This document shows, piece by piece, positions 12,001 to 25,535 of a stretch of 64,000 bases of DNA. Under the pieces are notes generated by a model. That model had not been told where the DNA came from, did no database searches, and was given only the letters and a program-made list of their open reading frames with translations. Made by a program: the position numbers and the translations under genes. The stretch's first letter is position 1. Every line of letters begins with the position of its first letter. Source of the stretch: Schmidtea nova (Eukaryota); assembly GCA_044892505.1 (NCBI GenBank), contig CM097883.1:410006001-410070000 (forward strand), in the 5' to 3' direction.

Positions 12001-13460
12001 TCTAAATAACCAATTTATGTACCTATGGTACATATATGTACCACTCGGGACGAAAGGGTTAATTGTTGGTTTCATAGAAAGAATTTTTCTTTTTATTATA
12101 TCTAATCGTAGGAAGTTATTTAATCTTATCCATTATAGTCAATTTGATTGCGAATGTTTCGATGAACTTTATCAGCTACTTTATCATTTGTTTTTCGATT
12201 TTGAAATTTTTCAACGGTGTATTTGCTTCATTTCAAAGTATATAATCTAATGTTTCTATCCATTTTAATTCATTTCGAGCAATCGAAACTGAGATTGACT
12301 GTATCCCATTTCAGTTTTATTTTTGTATCTAACATAAGAAATATTATCTGTCTTTTTCGGTAGAGCAACTCTAACTAATCTTTTCCTATCTCCTCGGGTC
12401 ACCATTATGTGTACATTTTTAGCGTAGCAATAAAAATATAGAAAATCTTTTAATTATTTACTCAATTAAAATTAAAACATTTACAATTGTGAAAATAAAT
12501 TGAACTAATTTACTATCTATGTCAAATGAAATAACCTATTTGACTAATATATGTTTATATAGTATAATATTAACCGATAAATATATGACAGAATTTAAAA
12601 GATAATTTTACAATAATATTATATAAAATATCATTTGTTAAATAGTAAAACTATTTATAATATTTTTATTTTGTAACTTTGTCTTAATTTACTGCGTTAC
12701 TTAAAAACAGAACAACAAACAAACAAAATTGTTTCTTTCTTATATTAACAATTACGTGAAAACGTTTATTGACACATTACACATTTCATGTTTTGAAAAA
12801 TTAATATGAAAATCATGCAAAAATTTTTAATTCTAAGTTAAAATAATTTTATAAAATTAATTTTTTAAATTTAAATTATAAAATTAATCAAATTCTAATA
12901 AATTAAGTAAATTGAAATAAATTATAAATTTATAATTATAATAATAACAACATTAGAAGTAATAAAAAAATACTCATACTAATTCGAAGATCGGAAATTA
13001 TATATTATGCAAACATTATATAAAGTATAATTACAAATTTTAAAAAATTAGGTAATGTATTATATTTAAGTTAGCATTTTAAAATTATTATGATATATTT
13101 TACGATATTGAAGTTGTTTTATGAATAATATTGTTATATGTAAAATTATCGCATAAATTTTATTAAAAAATTTTTAATTTTCTTGTATTTTAAGTCAGTA
13201 ATAATCTAGTTAGATATATAATTTAAATTTTTAAATAAAATTTTTAATTTAATATAATTTTTAAAAATTTATTTATTTATTGAATATCCTGTTTAAAATC
13301 AGATTTTTCTTTCAAATCTATTTATATAATTGTTTGAATAATAATGTATTATAAGACTATTTTATAATCTTATTTTTAAAAAGTATGTTCTTAATTAAAT
13401 ATTTTTAAATTTCATTTCATATCAGTAATCTATATTTTATTGATTTAATATTAATTTCAG

Positions 13461-14441
13461 ATGCCTTTACAAGGACAAAATGTTGTTAAACTTGGGAAGA
13501 GTTTTAAAAACAATGTTAAAAGCAATTTCGTTACTTTTCAATATGATTTCATTCCAGATTCTGTTGATAAAGATCAACCCGGTGAGGTTACAGTTGAAAG
13601 TGACAACTCCATTTGTGTTAATTTACCAAATAAATCAGGATCTTATACTCAGTATAAAGGAACATTCAGAGATTCTTTAAAGGATTGTGTTTTACTTGTA
13701 AATAAAAAAGTAATTTTCAAGTTTAAATATTTTCTTTTTATAATGCATTCTCAAGACAGGTGAAATGACATTAGAAAAGTTAGATTATATAGTTAATTTG
13801 AAAAATACAAGAACACCCGTAAGTCGAACAAAAAAGAAATCATCGAGTGTTGAAAATTCCTCAGATTCCTCCAGTGACGAGTCAGTAAAGACAATGGTTA
13901 ATAAAAGCATTCATGACAATTCAAATGACGTAATATATTAGAATTTTGAAATATTTTCGATTTTAATGTCTTTTATAAGTGTGATACTCAATTGAATCTC
14001 AGTGATGATTTATTTGGGGATTTTGATTCAGGCGAAGTAAATTATACCATGAACCATTCATTTTACATAAATTCATTTTATCAGGATAATAATACTAAAT
14101 ATCGTGAACCATCACCAAAAAAGAAATCTAACAACAACATAGATTTGTTTGATTTCCCTCAATCTTCTGTTGTCAGTGGTAACAATAAGCACCAACCAAT
14201 GGAAACTAATCAACATAATTTGTTATTTGGCTCGTCCAATAAAACGAATAAAAATAAGCCAGTGGAAATTGATCCATCATTATACGATGAACTGGATTAT
14301 ACTGACAGCGATTCGGAAATGAAAGATGTCGAAGAAGATAACGAAGAAGATAACGAAGAAACGAAAGTCAATGTCGTTAAAGACGATTTAGCATTGACGG
14401 ATAGTGACAGTGCCAGTGGTGGCGATTTTGATTCAGATTGA
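13461..14441 (+). CDS. Eaf: ELL-associated factor (EAF1/EAF2 family), paralog 1; exons 13461-13709, 13756-13929, 13980-14036, 14085-14441
   Basis: EAF N-terminal domain (FVTFQYDFIPDSVD...KDCVLLVNKK|TGEMTLEKL...KNTR) and acidic DLALTDSDS tail. GT-AG introns of 46, 50 and 48 nt at the same positions as in paralog 2. Confidence 0.9.
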
Positions 14442-15529
14442 GTTGATAATTAATCGTTAACGAATTTCATTAAAATATAATAGTTATTTTCATATTCACT
14501 AGAGTTATTACAATTTCTACAGAATAATTTCTTAATATATATAATTTACTTTAAATAACTTGCGAGAAATCTTATATATTTTAATCACTTAAATACCACC
14601 TTTTAGAAATAAATCGTAACTGTTACCAATACGTGCTATATCCCATGACCTATTATTAGAAATGTTACCCGTCTTAACTTAACAATTAAATGATTATCAC
14701 GGCTGAATAACGGTCACTAACTTATACTTATTTTTTATAAAAAGAGATGATTTTTTAAGATTAATTTATTTAAATTAAAAATTAATTTTATCGTTTTAAA
14801 TGTTTGGTCTATTTTATAAAATTATAATTTACATTTTTTTAAAATTATGATTAATTTGTTTGAAAATCGATCCATATTGGAATGGTTGACATTATATCAT
14901 CTGAAATAATGAGGTAGTTCTAGAAATATATTGTGCAAAATATATATTTATACATTTGGATTGGCGTTTGTTTTTAATAAAGTATATTGTTCATTATTTC
15001 GAATTTATAGTAAACTTGTGTATAAAAAAGTGTTTGTATGGCAATTGTAAACAACCATATTTATTAGTAAGTGTTCCGGTAGCCAGCAATAATCAGCCAC
15101 AAACTCATTTTAAATTAATGAAGTAAGAATAATATTTGGTCAGTAGTCACCTGGTTTATATTATCTAAATTATCTCTCTAAATTTAAATTTATGTAAATG
15201 TGAGAAAAAATACATATTTCTAAAAATTTTAATTTAATTAAATGTTATAAATAATTTGTTTTTATGTTTCTGGAAAATAATCGGTCATTTTAATCGGAAA
15301 TTTTATGAAATTAGAAAATTGTCGATAGACCAAAGGATTTATTCATTATTAAACAAGATTGAATAGACCGGATCAATTGGAGATAAGAAACAGAAAATCC
15401 GAAAACATCGAGTAAGAAAAGGTCTGCTGAACTGCAGCTATCTAACCGCACGTCATCGAATTTTAAGAATCGATATGCTTCTACATTTATATAAAATTTT
15501 AATATTACTATCACTGAATCCCGGAGACG

Positions 15530-16200
15530 CAGCACAAAATGTTGAATATAAAAAGTTTAAAAAAGAATGGAAAAAACCATAATTTTTTTGTTAAATTTAA
15601 TGATGACAGATGAAGCACACTTTCATTTAAACGGATTTTTGAATAAAAAAACTTTTAAATTTAGGGGAGTCAAAAACCGCATCAGATTCATCTAAAACCA
15701 TTACATTTCTTTCGTATTACTGTTTGGTATGTCAATATGCCCGCAAAAATAAATGGACGTACTTCCTCAAGAATGATAATGTTATAGCTCAAACAATCAA
15801 TGATATAGAAAGTGCCAACCACATTTAGTTATAGCAGGATGATGCAACCTCTCGTCCAACAAGAGCAACAATTGAAATTTTGAAGCAAAATTTTCAAAAT
15901 CGATTGAAAATAAAAAACGGCGATGAAAAATGACCAGGTTTTTTCTTTTGGGTTACGGTCTATATCACAAACTATAAAATCCGAAACAATTTAAAGAGAA
16001 TATTCGAGCGGAAATTGGTGTAACTTACCAAAAACACTAAGAAGCGTATGGTATTTACATGGCTGTAATTTAGCCAGTCGGAATGAATGGAATACATTCA
16101 GTACTGCGTGCCCCTTAATATACTTGATTTTGTAATAGTTTTCTCTTTTCGGTAAGCCTCTGTCTAAAAGCACGAGCAATGAAGTCTGTGCAAAATACAT
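15530..16200 (+). mobile_element. Mariner-like transposase relic
   Basis: MTDEAHFHLNGFLNKK and QQDDATS..TRATIEILKQNF motifs, frameshifted. Confidence 0.8.
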
Positions 16201-16410
16201 TAAATTCTTGCCATATCCTTTTCAAAATACTCTCATATAATGTATTTCATAAACAGTACCAAACTTTATTTAAACCAAATATTTCTAAACCACTTTGATT
16301 AACCACGCTAAATTCCGCGAAAGTTGGTTAACACACGCTCAATTCCCGTCAAATATAGTTTACACACACCATAATATCTCGATCGCAAATTCTAACAGGA
16401 GTGATTATTG

Positions 16411-16545
16411 GTTAAGATAGTAGGTAGATGTGAGCGCACTGGCTCACAAAGGAATGACTCATCTGGTAAGCAATGACTCATCGTGAAGACTTATTAATCG
16501 GATCAAGCGTAAGTCAGGCTACAAGATAATGCGTCATAATTGTTC
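16411..16545 (+). repeat. Second copy of the AP-1-site-rich repeat (see 3765-3880)
   Basis: AATGACTCATC occurs twice; aligns to the reverse complement of 3765-3880. Confidence 0.75.
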
Positions 16546-18116
16546 ATAGTTTTTTTGTCTTAATAACAGATTAGCCTGAATTTCCTGTCAGTTGAATGTA
16601 ATGAATAGATCTGGCTTCCAATATTTTCTAAAGGCAATACTACCATTTTTCCTAAATGATTTGGATCTTTCAAAACTGAATCCCTAAGATGTATGTATTC
16701 TTCAATCCCTAGCCTTGCTTGATTCAAGCAAATGAACAGGAGGCGCTCATTCTCAATTTTTACATACTCGTATCACGATGAAATGATGAAACAACTGTCC
16801 AAATTTCAAAATGATTTTCTTCTCCAACTCTTGACATAATTTTGTAAGCATAAAATTCCATGTCAGTATTGCCTATAGTGGATCAGTTTGAGCAATGCCA
16901 AAATAGAAGAGGATACTGCAAGGCATCATATTATCTGCGAGTCTTCGCCAAACACTGCATATTGTTGTTCCTCTAATATTCACCTTTTGGTGTCTTGTCA
17001 GTTTATGACAACCGTCTAATCATCAGTTGGCATTTGCTCCAATGCACTCTGAAAACTATTATATAATCATTGGTGAAGGAATGAAGGAACTGCACAATGT
17101 CATTACACAACAAAGTCAATTTAGCTCTGTCTTCAGTGCTGTACAAAATCTTCAAACAACATCCAATAAACCAATCTGAATTTGAGGATGATCCTGATGA
17201 TTTACAGTTGCATTATAGGTGAAAGGGTAGAAAAAGCGTAGTTTTATATTTAATAAATTTTGTTGCTGATTTGATTTTTTGCTGGATAATTTTTAAATAA
17301 GAAATAACATATATTTTAAGATTAATTTAATTAATTAATTTAAGATGTTTAAATAAAAATTTATGAAATCTGACAAATACAATTTAAATGTTTATTAGCA
17401 ATTTTAATTTAAACGTAAATTCTACCCTTTCAATAGGCAAAAGGAAAACATTTCAAGTTTGTTTGAATATGAACACTATTCAATAACATCAACACATTCA
17501 TATTAAAAAATTAAATAATAATACATTTATTTATTAACCATTTAAGACAATGTCGTCGACATCTATTATTCAATGGATTTTGATATGTAATTTTATTGTA
17601 TTCAATCGGTTGATACATTCCTTCTAGTTAATAGACAAATAGACACTTATTTATAAGTTAGAAAACATATAATTATATTTCCATGAAATTCATTCAACGA
17701 TGCAAAACTTTGGTAAAAAAATTATTAAGTATTCTGAAAAGAATTTTAAATTTTCTACGATCGATAACGTACCGAAAGCGACAAAATAGCTTAGCGGCAT
17801 TCAATATTAATTTCTAAGTAACGCGTATTCTAGATTATTCTGAAATAATAACTGAATTTGTTAATGCTCGAGTGCGCAGGCTTCAGTGATATAAATTTTA
17901 TTATTTTAATTATTGTAAATTTTGAAAAATCACAAAATATAAAAAACAATATATCGACATATTTGTGTAAAATTTCATCCCACACCTGGCCTGCAATCAT
18001 AGCTCTATTTCTAACTAGCATTCGTACGCGCAATAGATTAAAGCTTATAGAATAGGGATACCTTTCAGCTAATAAAACCATTCAGCGAACAAAGTCTGAT
18101 CATTAAAAGTCAAAAT

Positions 18117-18407
18117 CAGGCGTGTCCAACCCGCGGCCCAGGACGGCTTTGAATGCGGCCCAAATAAATACTTAAAAACTCTTAATTAATTTTACAAAAC
18201 TAGTTCATGTTGCTATTTCTTTAATTGAATAATGAAAAATTCATGAATTAATGAAGTTTAAATTACTTAAATTTGTTAACTATGTATATTTATTCTATGT
18301 TATTTGTTCAATAGCTATCCTTAGGTTTAGTATATTTTATGTGTGACCCAATATAACTCGTCTTCTTCCTATGTGGCCCAAGGAAGTTAAAAGGTTGGAC
18401 ATTCCTG
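18117..18407. mobile_element. Non-autonomous hAT (Buster/Charlie-type) MITE
   Basis: TIRs CAGGCGTGTCCAACC / GGTTGGACATTCCTG; subterminal GCGGCCC/GTGGCCC motifs; degenerate 8-bp flanks GTCAAAAT/GTTTAATT. Confidence 0.85.
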
Positions 18408-19159
18408 GTTTAATTAATTTATTAGCCAAAATTTTGGTTTCAGCTCTGAAATAATACATGAAATTTTAAATTTTCATGTGGTTTTCAGCCTTAAATAAAT
18501 TATCACAGAAAGTTTAAGTGAAAGTTCCTTTCAAATGTCTTTAATAATAAAATGTGAAAAATGATTCTTAATAATTTTTAGACTTGTTCGAATGGCTTTA
18601 TCAATTTGGATACGAGGAAAATAAAGTTCATATAGAGGAAATTGCATCCCTCTATATCAAACATTGAATTTTGTATTTCAAATTGATGATCTCATAGCTG
18701 TTATAATTTGTGTAATTTTTAGAATCAATCTTTATTGTCAATCTCCACTGTCATTAAAGTATATTATTCTGAAAAATGGAAAGTTTCCAAAATTAAAACT
18801 GGCATTACATCATCAAGGATATGAAGCAGTGGGATATTGAGACGAATTGCCTCCACTGTGCCCTTTTCAAGTCTAGAAGTACGTGCCAGGAAGAATTATG
18901 GCCATAAAAATTGTGAAATGGGAGGCAATGCTAGACTATTAAATGGATGGTTGACAACGATGTGTAACATGAGATAATGCATTACTTATTTCGTAATTTA
19001 GCTATTTCATCATACTTATTTTTATTCATTTTACTTTTTTTCTTAATTTTATCATTTATTTGTTTTTTCAAAGGTTTTGTTTTAATAAAAGTATTTTCCC
19101 GAAAATTAGACTATTCAATGTTGCGTCTGAAAGTAAATGATTTTATTGACTGTCTACGA

Positions 19160-19926
19160 CAGACCTGGGCTTGCGGCTCAAAACATAATTTTTTTAGCTC
19201 GGGAAATCATTTTTTTAATAAACAGCATGCGGCTCGAAGAACAATTCTGACAAAATGTAAAAGTTCAAGAATTTTTTTTAACTCTACACTACAAGAGCAA
19301 ACTGAACGCCCCCATATTACAATACTAAAATGGACATTTAAGTTTAAAGCTGTTTTTCAATCGGTAAATACCTTTTGCCTTTTTATTGTTTTAATTGAGA
19401 TATTTCACTGACATTAATTATAAATCAAAATTATTGATATATTTTATTTTTAAAATTTTAAAACGATATAACTCAAACATTAAATATATTGATTTTCTTA
19501 TATACATTTTTAGATATTTTTAAATATTAACACGTTAATCGCCATGTCAGTCATGTGTCTGACGCTAAGAAGTTCTACATGAGCCATGTCAGACATATAT
19601 ATCTGACGTACGCGATTTGGTAGAAGGCCACGTCAATCACAGATGTCCGACGCAAACGATACATTTGCATTATGTTTCGAAAGCTTGGCCTATCAGGAAC
19701 AAAACCTGAAAATTTCTTGGCTTACTACAAACAATAAAATGAAATAAACATAGTTATATAATGGTATATTGTTTCAGTTGAAAATTATCTAATAAAGTTA
19801 CCATGGCCCATGTGAAAATTTTCTGGTATTATCGTGGCGATTAACATGTTAAAAGAATATGCGGCTCTTTTATTCTTGATATTTTTTAAAATTGGCTCGC
19901 TTTTTGTTTAGAGTTGCCGAGGCCTG
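19160..19926. mobile_element. Non-autonomous hAT element carrying a nested MITE
   Basis: Ends CAGACCTGGGC / GCCGAGGCCTG; GCGGCTC subterminal motifs; 8-bp TSD GTCTACGA/GTTTACGA (7/8 match). Confidence 0.85.
19531..19848. mobile_element. piggyBac-type MITE (TTAA target)
   Basis: TTAA|CACGTTAATCGCCA ... TGGCGATTAACATG|TTAA; 13/14 TIR match. Confidence 0.85.
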
Positions 19927-21748
19927 GTTTACGAGAATGAATAAGTATTTATTCGATAGAAGCAGTAACGGATTGAGGTTTTATGATTAAAATCCGTTTA
20001 TTTACCAAGATCTTAACAAAATCCAGATATAACCAAGATTAGATAGTATATTGCACCGATGCCAAAAAGCTGAAGCAATATTGTTTAGTTCCGAAAAGAT
20101 AAACCAAGCTCAAGAACTAATTTTACATTTAATGAGTCAAATCTCCAGAAAATAGAGATTTTCAGATGAGTCACGAGGTAAAAAATGTAATTTAACCACT
20201 GGTGTACCGAAAGGCAGAAATATTTGCAACTGATCAACAACTAAGTGAGGCAAAAGTCAATCAAGAGACAAAGGTTAAATAAAAACCGAGAAAACTTACG
20301 AGAAAAGTAAACACAGAAGCCAGATTCAGAGACAGTTAGTAGATAAACATGACAGTCAACGCACTTAATTTGCGCATATTGAATTTGGGTATTAAATTGT
20401 AAATTCTTGTAAAAATTCTGTAATTTTGTGCTTATTTCATGTGAATTACAAATTAAATCAATGATTTATTTTATTTCACACTAAACCTACAGACATTTTG
20501 TATATACTAAAAGACGGCTTGCCGTAGATAACGGTAGAGTGTACAAGATTATCAGCAAAAACAAAAGAGATAGATGTTAAAAAATTAAGTTAGTCATAAA
20601 AAGTTGAATAAAAGCGAAAACATTGAATTTAAAATTTTTGATCAAAGTCTAAAAAGCGTTCATAAATAAAGATGAATAGAAGACCGGAAGAAGACAAAAT
20701 ACCTTCTATGGCAGGTAATGGACCCCAGGAATACCTGAGCAATTACAGTTTTTGTAAATAAGCACACTTTAAGCGAACATCTACCTACTTGTGTCACACG
20801 AATACTCATATACCCAAATCGAAATTTCTGGGAAAACATTATTAAACTTTCACTATCATTTTATAGATCCATAATAGAGGGAGATTTTCTATATTTATTG
20901 GATTTGCTTAAAGAATACCAAGCTCAGAAAATAGATCGTCTCTGGAACCCTAATAGTTATGGAAGTTTCGTTTGGTATAGGACACCGGAACACTCCCATA
21001 CTATTGAAGCGCGAACAATTTATAATGATTCACGAGGAAGAATGATTGATATAATATAAGCATGGCGAACCGACCCATCATTTAAGTAATGCTTTCAATC
21101 TTGGGATCCCCTTGCCGGCACCGAAATATTTTATATAAAAATTAAAATGGAAAATAATAGTTTAAAAAAGTTCTCATTTTTAATTTTAATAATATAAATA
21201 TACATAACAAATACAAGTATAAAAATATTCCTTACAATATTATGAATTTATTTAACATTTTCTGACTTAAAATGTGTTCTAAGTAAGCTCAAAATATTTA
21301 AAATTTCGTCCTTGAGCGATAATTTAGTTATTGTCACGTTTTTACCATGTTCTGAAAAAACATTGTTTAGCTGATTTGTATAATCATTAATTGTCTTTAT
21401 GGTGATGAATTTGCCGTGCAGATGATTGATTGCTCTGTTCTGTTATCAATAGTTTGTATCTTTAAGTTTGTTGAACTAACACTTTTTTCAATTTCGAAGA
21501 ATAGACAAAGGCAAAAATGTATAACGAACACCGATCACCGTATTTTGAAAGCGCAAATACTGATCATATTTAATCCTGAGCACCATTTGTCGTATTCCAT
21601 GCTCCAATTCAATAATCCCGGTACTGTTAGAATTGGGATCAAAGTTTTAAGCTTTTATTTTTGACAATAGGAAAATAAAGGAAGAAAAAATAGTAAAAAT
21701 CGCAATAGAAAAAAATAACAAACAAATTAATAATAAAGAATATCAAAA

Positions 21749-21889
21749 NNNNNNNNNNNNNNNNNNNNNNNNNNNNNNNNNNNNNNNNNNNNNNNNNNNN
21801 NNNNNNNNNNNNNNNNNNNNNNNNNNNNNNNNNNNNNNNNNNNNNNNNNNNNNNNNNNNNNNNNNNNNNNNNNNNNNNNNNNNNNNNNN
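21749..21889. other. Assembly gap (N run)
   Basis: Ns in sequence. Confidence 1.
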
Positions 21890-21937
21890 AGAATTAATTG
21901 ATGAAAAGAACCAATTAAATGAATTATAATTGTTACA

Positions 21938-22213
21938 CGTTGGGCAAGATTTGAATTTCGTGAAATTTTCCATGTAACGATAATGCAACAATTGAAGGGG
22001 ATATTTCGTAAGCGGCAAATAGTATTATGGGTCTGATTTGGCTTTTCATTTTATATTCAGTTTACATTTTTTGGGATGTAGTCCCATGGTTTTGGAGGAA
22101 AAAGCTTTTTATCCTGCTTTTTAGTAGTAAAGTCTCGTTGATACCTTACGAAGCTTTCACATATGCGAGAGTGAACGATGTTGTTATTTTTGTTTGTAAA
22201 TATTTACGTCGCT
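21938..22213 (-). repeat. Left arm of a ~280-bp inverted repeat (partner 27223-27502)
   Basis: The reverse complement aligns closely, e.g. CAACATCGTTCACTCTCGCATATGTGAAAGCTTCGTAAGGTATCAACGAG. Confidence 0.9.
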
Positions 22214-23632
22214 GATTAGATCAACTACAAAATAGAACGCAACCCAACTAATCAGTAAAAATAAAACCGGTTGGTTCCATAAGAACTGATTACTTTAATC
22301 ATGTGTTAGGATCAATGGGGAATTGTTGAAATTAAAACAAAAAATAAAGAGAATTTAGTTTTGAAATTATTTATCTGTCTGCTTATTTATTTATTTATCT
22401 GACTCCAAATTATGATTGATTATATATTTATAAATATAGCTATAATAGGTTGTGCTCACTATCGAATGATAGAATTAAAAAAAGAAACTCTTATATTTAA
22501 ATACTTTTTTTGAATAACAGTTTGAACACATAATTTTATCTACAGAAATAACTAAGACCGTGATCAATTGATCAATCCTTCAACGTTCCTCAAGCTATAC
22601 GATGCCTTCTAATGGCACGTCACTGTTGTTAATATATATTAAAGATTGAAGAAGAAGCAGATAATTTTGGGTATACTAAAGACGGAAGATTATCTTGTAT
22701 ACGCATTAATTATATGTTCCTTTGTAATAATTGATAAAATTTACCAAGTAGCAATTATGAACCAACAGACGGGATCTGATTGGTCGAGACAATCCGAGAA
22801 AAACTATAAAAGGAAATGTTAAAATCAGTCTAACAATGTCATTTTATCTTGTGTTGAGACAACATTTGTACTTTGAATCACTTGGAACAACATTTGGAAT
22901 CGAATAAAGGTATATATTATCGTTAGTTGTTTGTGATGATTAACCATTTTGAAACCCTCATGTTTTTCATTGATCTTGTTAAGAGCACGTCCCGACGGGC
23001 CATATCTGGCATCCCGACGCAACGCCCTTTGGGTGTTGGCCGGTGCGGCGTACAAGCACCAAACTATGACGGGGAAGCGAGTTGATTGTGAGCCCTCATC
23101 GCAATAACAGTAACAAACTAACTTATTAGATCATATAACCTCAGTCAACAAATCGAGCAGTAATTCTATCACATGCAGAGAAACTCGAACCCACATGCAG
23201 ACGAACCATTACCAAATTTTTGATTAAAGAGACACGAGAGATGAGCAAAATCGTGGACAACCGCACGCACTGATAAGGCATGCATCACAAGTTGGTAATC
23301 CAGTGATGATCATCGAATGAGGAGGTTGATTGTCATATTATGTCAAATGAATGAATGAGGCTGGTAGACTTTTTGGTAATTTTGAGCTAGGCTCCAGTTA
23401 TGACTGAATGTTTGATAGATGTGAATGTGGGCTAAATAATTCGACAAATCCGATAATGGTCTAATTTTTGACTCAATAAATACGAAAGCATAAAGTCTAA
23501 CATCTACTAACAACGAAGAGTCAGGGATGAAAGTGTGTGACTGGTGTATGGAAGGTGTGACATTGACTGAAGGATGATGATGAGAATGGGGCATGTACCA
23601 TCCAAACCCGAGGAGGAGCGAATTAAATCATT

Positions 23633-24267
23633 ATGTTCCATTTATATATAGATATGCTGAAGGAGAATCATTCAAACTTATCTAGCAAAAATCAAGGTAA
23701 CTGCCGCCGAAGGGTGGAAATGATAACGATGATGCCCAAACCACTCACACACGTTCCGGCGGACGTACAAATGACACTAGACACATGCGTCACTGGCGGC
23801 GCGAGTTTGACCAATTCGGTGAACATGATCAATGGAACCAAAATGACTTCCGAATCCAATGGGAAGGTGACCCGTCGTGGCCGTTACTTGATGCCAAAAC
23901 ATACATCCGGAACCGACCATGGTTCATCGAATTACTTTACGAAGGCGGTACTCCGAGGTGGCTACTCCACTTCCAAATTATCAAACCTCAACACCTACAT
24001 AAATTAGGGTATATCTTGATCAGCAAACCTCGCAATATACACACCGGGAACAAAATCCCGTATCCGAATTTACCATGGAAATTTCAACCCAAGTGAACTT
24101 CACGATCCCCTTGGACATGCACCGTCGTTTTCCAAGAGATCTTCATGTACGATGGCAAGCTGTGCTGGCAGCCCAACCTGACTTTCTATTACGACAATGG
24201 AGTGCGTTTCGAGGATAGCGAGTTCTCGCAGGATTGGTTTGACGAGGTGAACACAAGAGCAGACTAA
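23633..24267 (+). pseudogene. Unknown cassette, copy A+: W-x5-WP domain ORF (overlapping frames, one in-frame TGA)
   Basis: DFRIQWEGDPSWPL..RPWFIE..GGTPRWLLHFQ..LGYILISKP...*TSRSPWTCTVVFQEIFMYDGKLCWQPN aligns with the 30.8-31.2 kb translation. Confidence 0.65.
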
Positions 24268-24512
24268 TGGAATCTGCATTAATTGATATCAAACCTTCTA
24301 ATGTGTAGTAAAGTGAATAAATGTGTTACGTTTTGGCGTTGAGATTGTTGCAAATGTATGGAATGTAGAATGCAGGAATGACTGAATGAGGTTGTATGTA
24401 GAAGCCAATATCCTAATTGAACAACTATCAATGACTACGTAAATTTGTATAGAGGTGCGGCGTCGATTAAATCATTTTATCAGACTAAGTGTTTACCCGT
24501 TTTATCCTAGAT

Positions 24513-24827
24513 ATGTCAACAGTGAGAAACAGTAATAGGAGGGACAATCGCGATGACAATGAACAATTAAAAGGGCGAATTCGGTTGCTCAAAAGTGCAA
24601 TCCATCGCCAGGCAAATGAACTCGAAGGAATGAAAAGGACATGGTTTAGTCCAGACCGTACGAAAGTAATACTGCTAGCTGTCGAGGAGCAGTCAAAAGA
24701 ATTAGCAGCCACGAAGCTAGAGCTGGACAGATGCTTAAGAGCCGTCACTAGGGAGTTTATAGAGACCCATCTAAAGGAGCAAATACGTAACAGCACGTTT
24801 GAACGGTGGGTGCCATACCTCGCTTAA
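24513..24827 (+). CDS. Unknown cassette, copy A+: coiled-coil ORF (~104 aa)
   Basis: WFSPDRTK...ELAATKLELDRCLRAVTREFIETHLKEQIRNSTFERWV aligns with 31206-31623 (+) and about 55931-55560 (-). Confidence 0.6.
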   Translation: MSTVRNSNRRDNRDDNEQLKGRIRLLKSAIHRQANELEGMKRTWFSPDRTKVILLAVEEQSKELAATKLELDRCLRAVTREFIETHLKEQIRNSTFERWVPYLA

Positions 24828-25535
24828 ATATGGAAACACAGACGGAAACCATTCAAGTTACGAAAAAGGGTAATTGATTAGGCGCTAAGCAGAGATGGGA
24901 ACGGCGAACATTGGTAAATCAAATGGGTATATAGGTGGACTTATTGAGCGGCCTCTCAGAAAGACAACTGTAAATATCATTAATACAAACATTTTCAAAG
25001 AATGAATAAATGTATTTGAATTGCGTAAATCTGTTTTCTTGTAATTTCCGTTTTTCTCGCAAAGCAAATATTGGTTTGATTAAACCAAAAATACTTTTCT
25101 AGCAATGATTTACTGGATAATTTATCGTAATTTAAATTTCTGTTTAAACTAAAACTTTTACTAGCTTATATATAAATATTATACCATTAATTACTATATA
25201 TATATAAAAATTAGGCAATATTAATTACTATAAATAATAAATATCTATTTTTGGTAATTAAAAATTACTAAAAATAAACTTCTACATTATTTTATTATTA
25301 AATATGCTTTTATCAAAAATTAAGGCCTAAGGGTTTGTCTCTAATAAGCCTAGCCCCTAGAAGATTTTCGTCTCGAAAATAAAAACATTAGAACACTATA
25401 ATAAAAAATTAAAATTAAAAACCACAATATATACATAATAGTTTGGATATAGTCACAAACATACATAATCACAATGTGTTTAGCAGGATCTGCTTCTAAT
25501 TTTGTGCTTATCTCTGGCGATTTTAGCTCTTCTGG

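Noticed and set aside
13383-13460. Spliced-leader acceptor directly before the EAF ATG (TTTCAG|ATG in both paralogs)
   Set aside because: A conserved GTATGT donor 67-78 nt upstream in both copies gives an ordinary 5'-UTR intron.
13992-14441. Stand-alone 149-aa ORF from the ORF track
   Set aside because: It is EAF exons 3-4 reading through a 48-nt intron. The equivalent intron in paralog 2 is 55 nt and breaks the frame.
16560-17230. Possible LINE RT remnant (ILQGIILS)
   Set aside because: A single weak motif with many stops; not enough to call.
20877-21085. Coding-like fragments (EGDFLYLLDLL...; similar unexplained pieces at 18.6-18.95, 21.2-21.6, 49.2-49.7 and 53.0-53.35 kb)
   Set aside because: No recognisable family, and interrupted by stops. 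They need a database search before any call.
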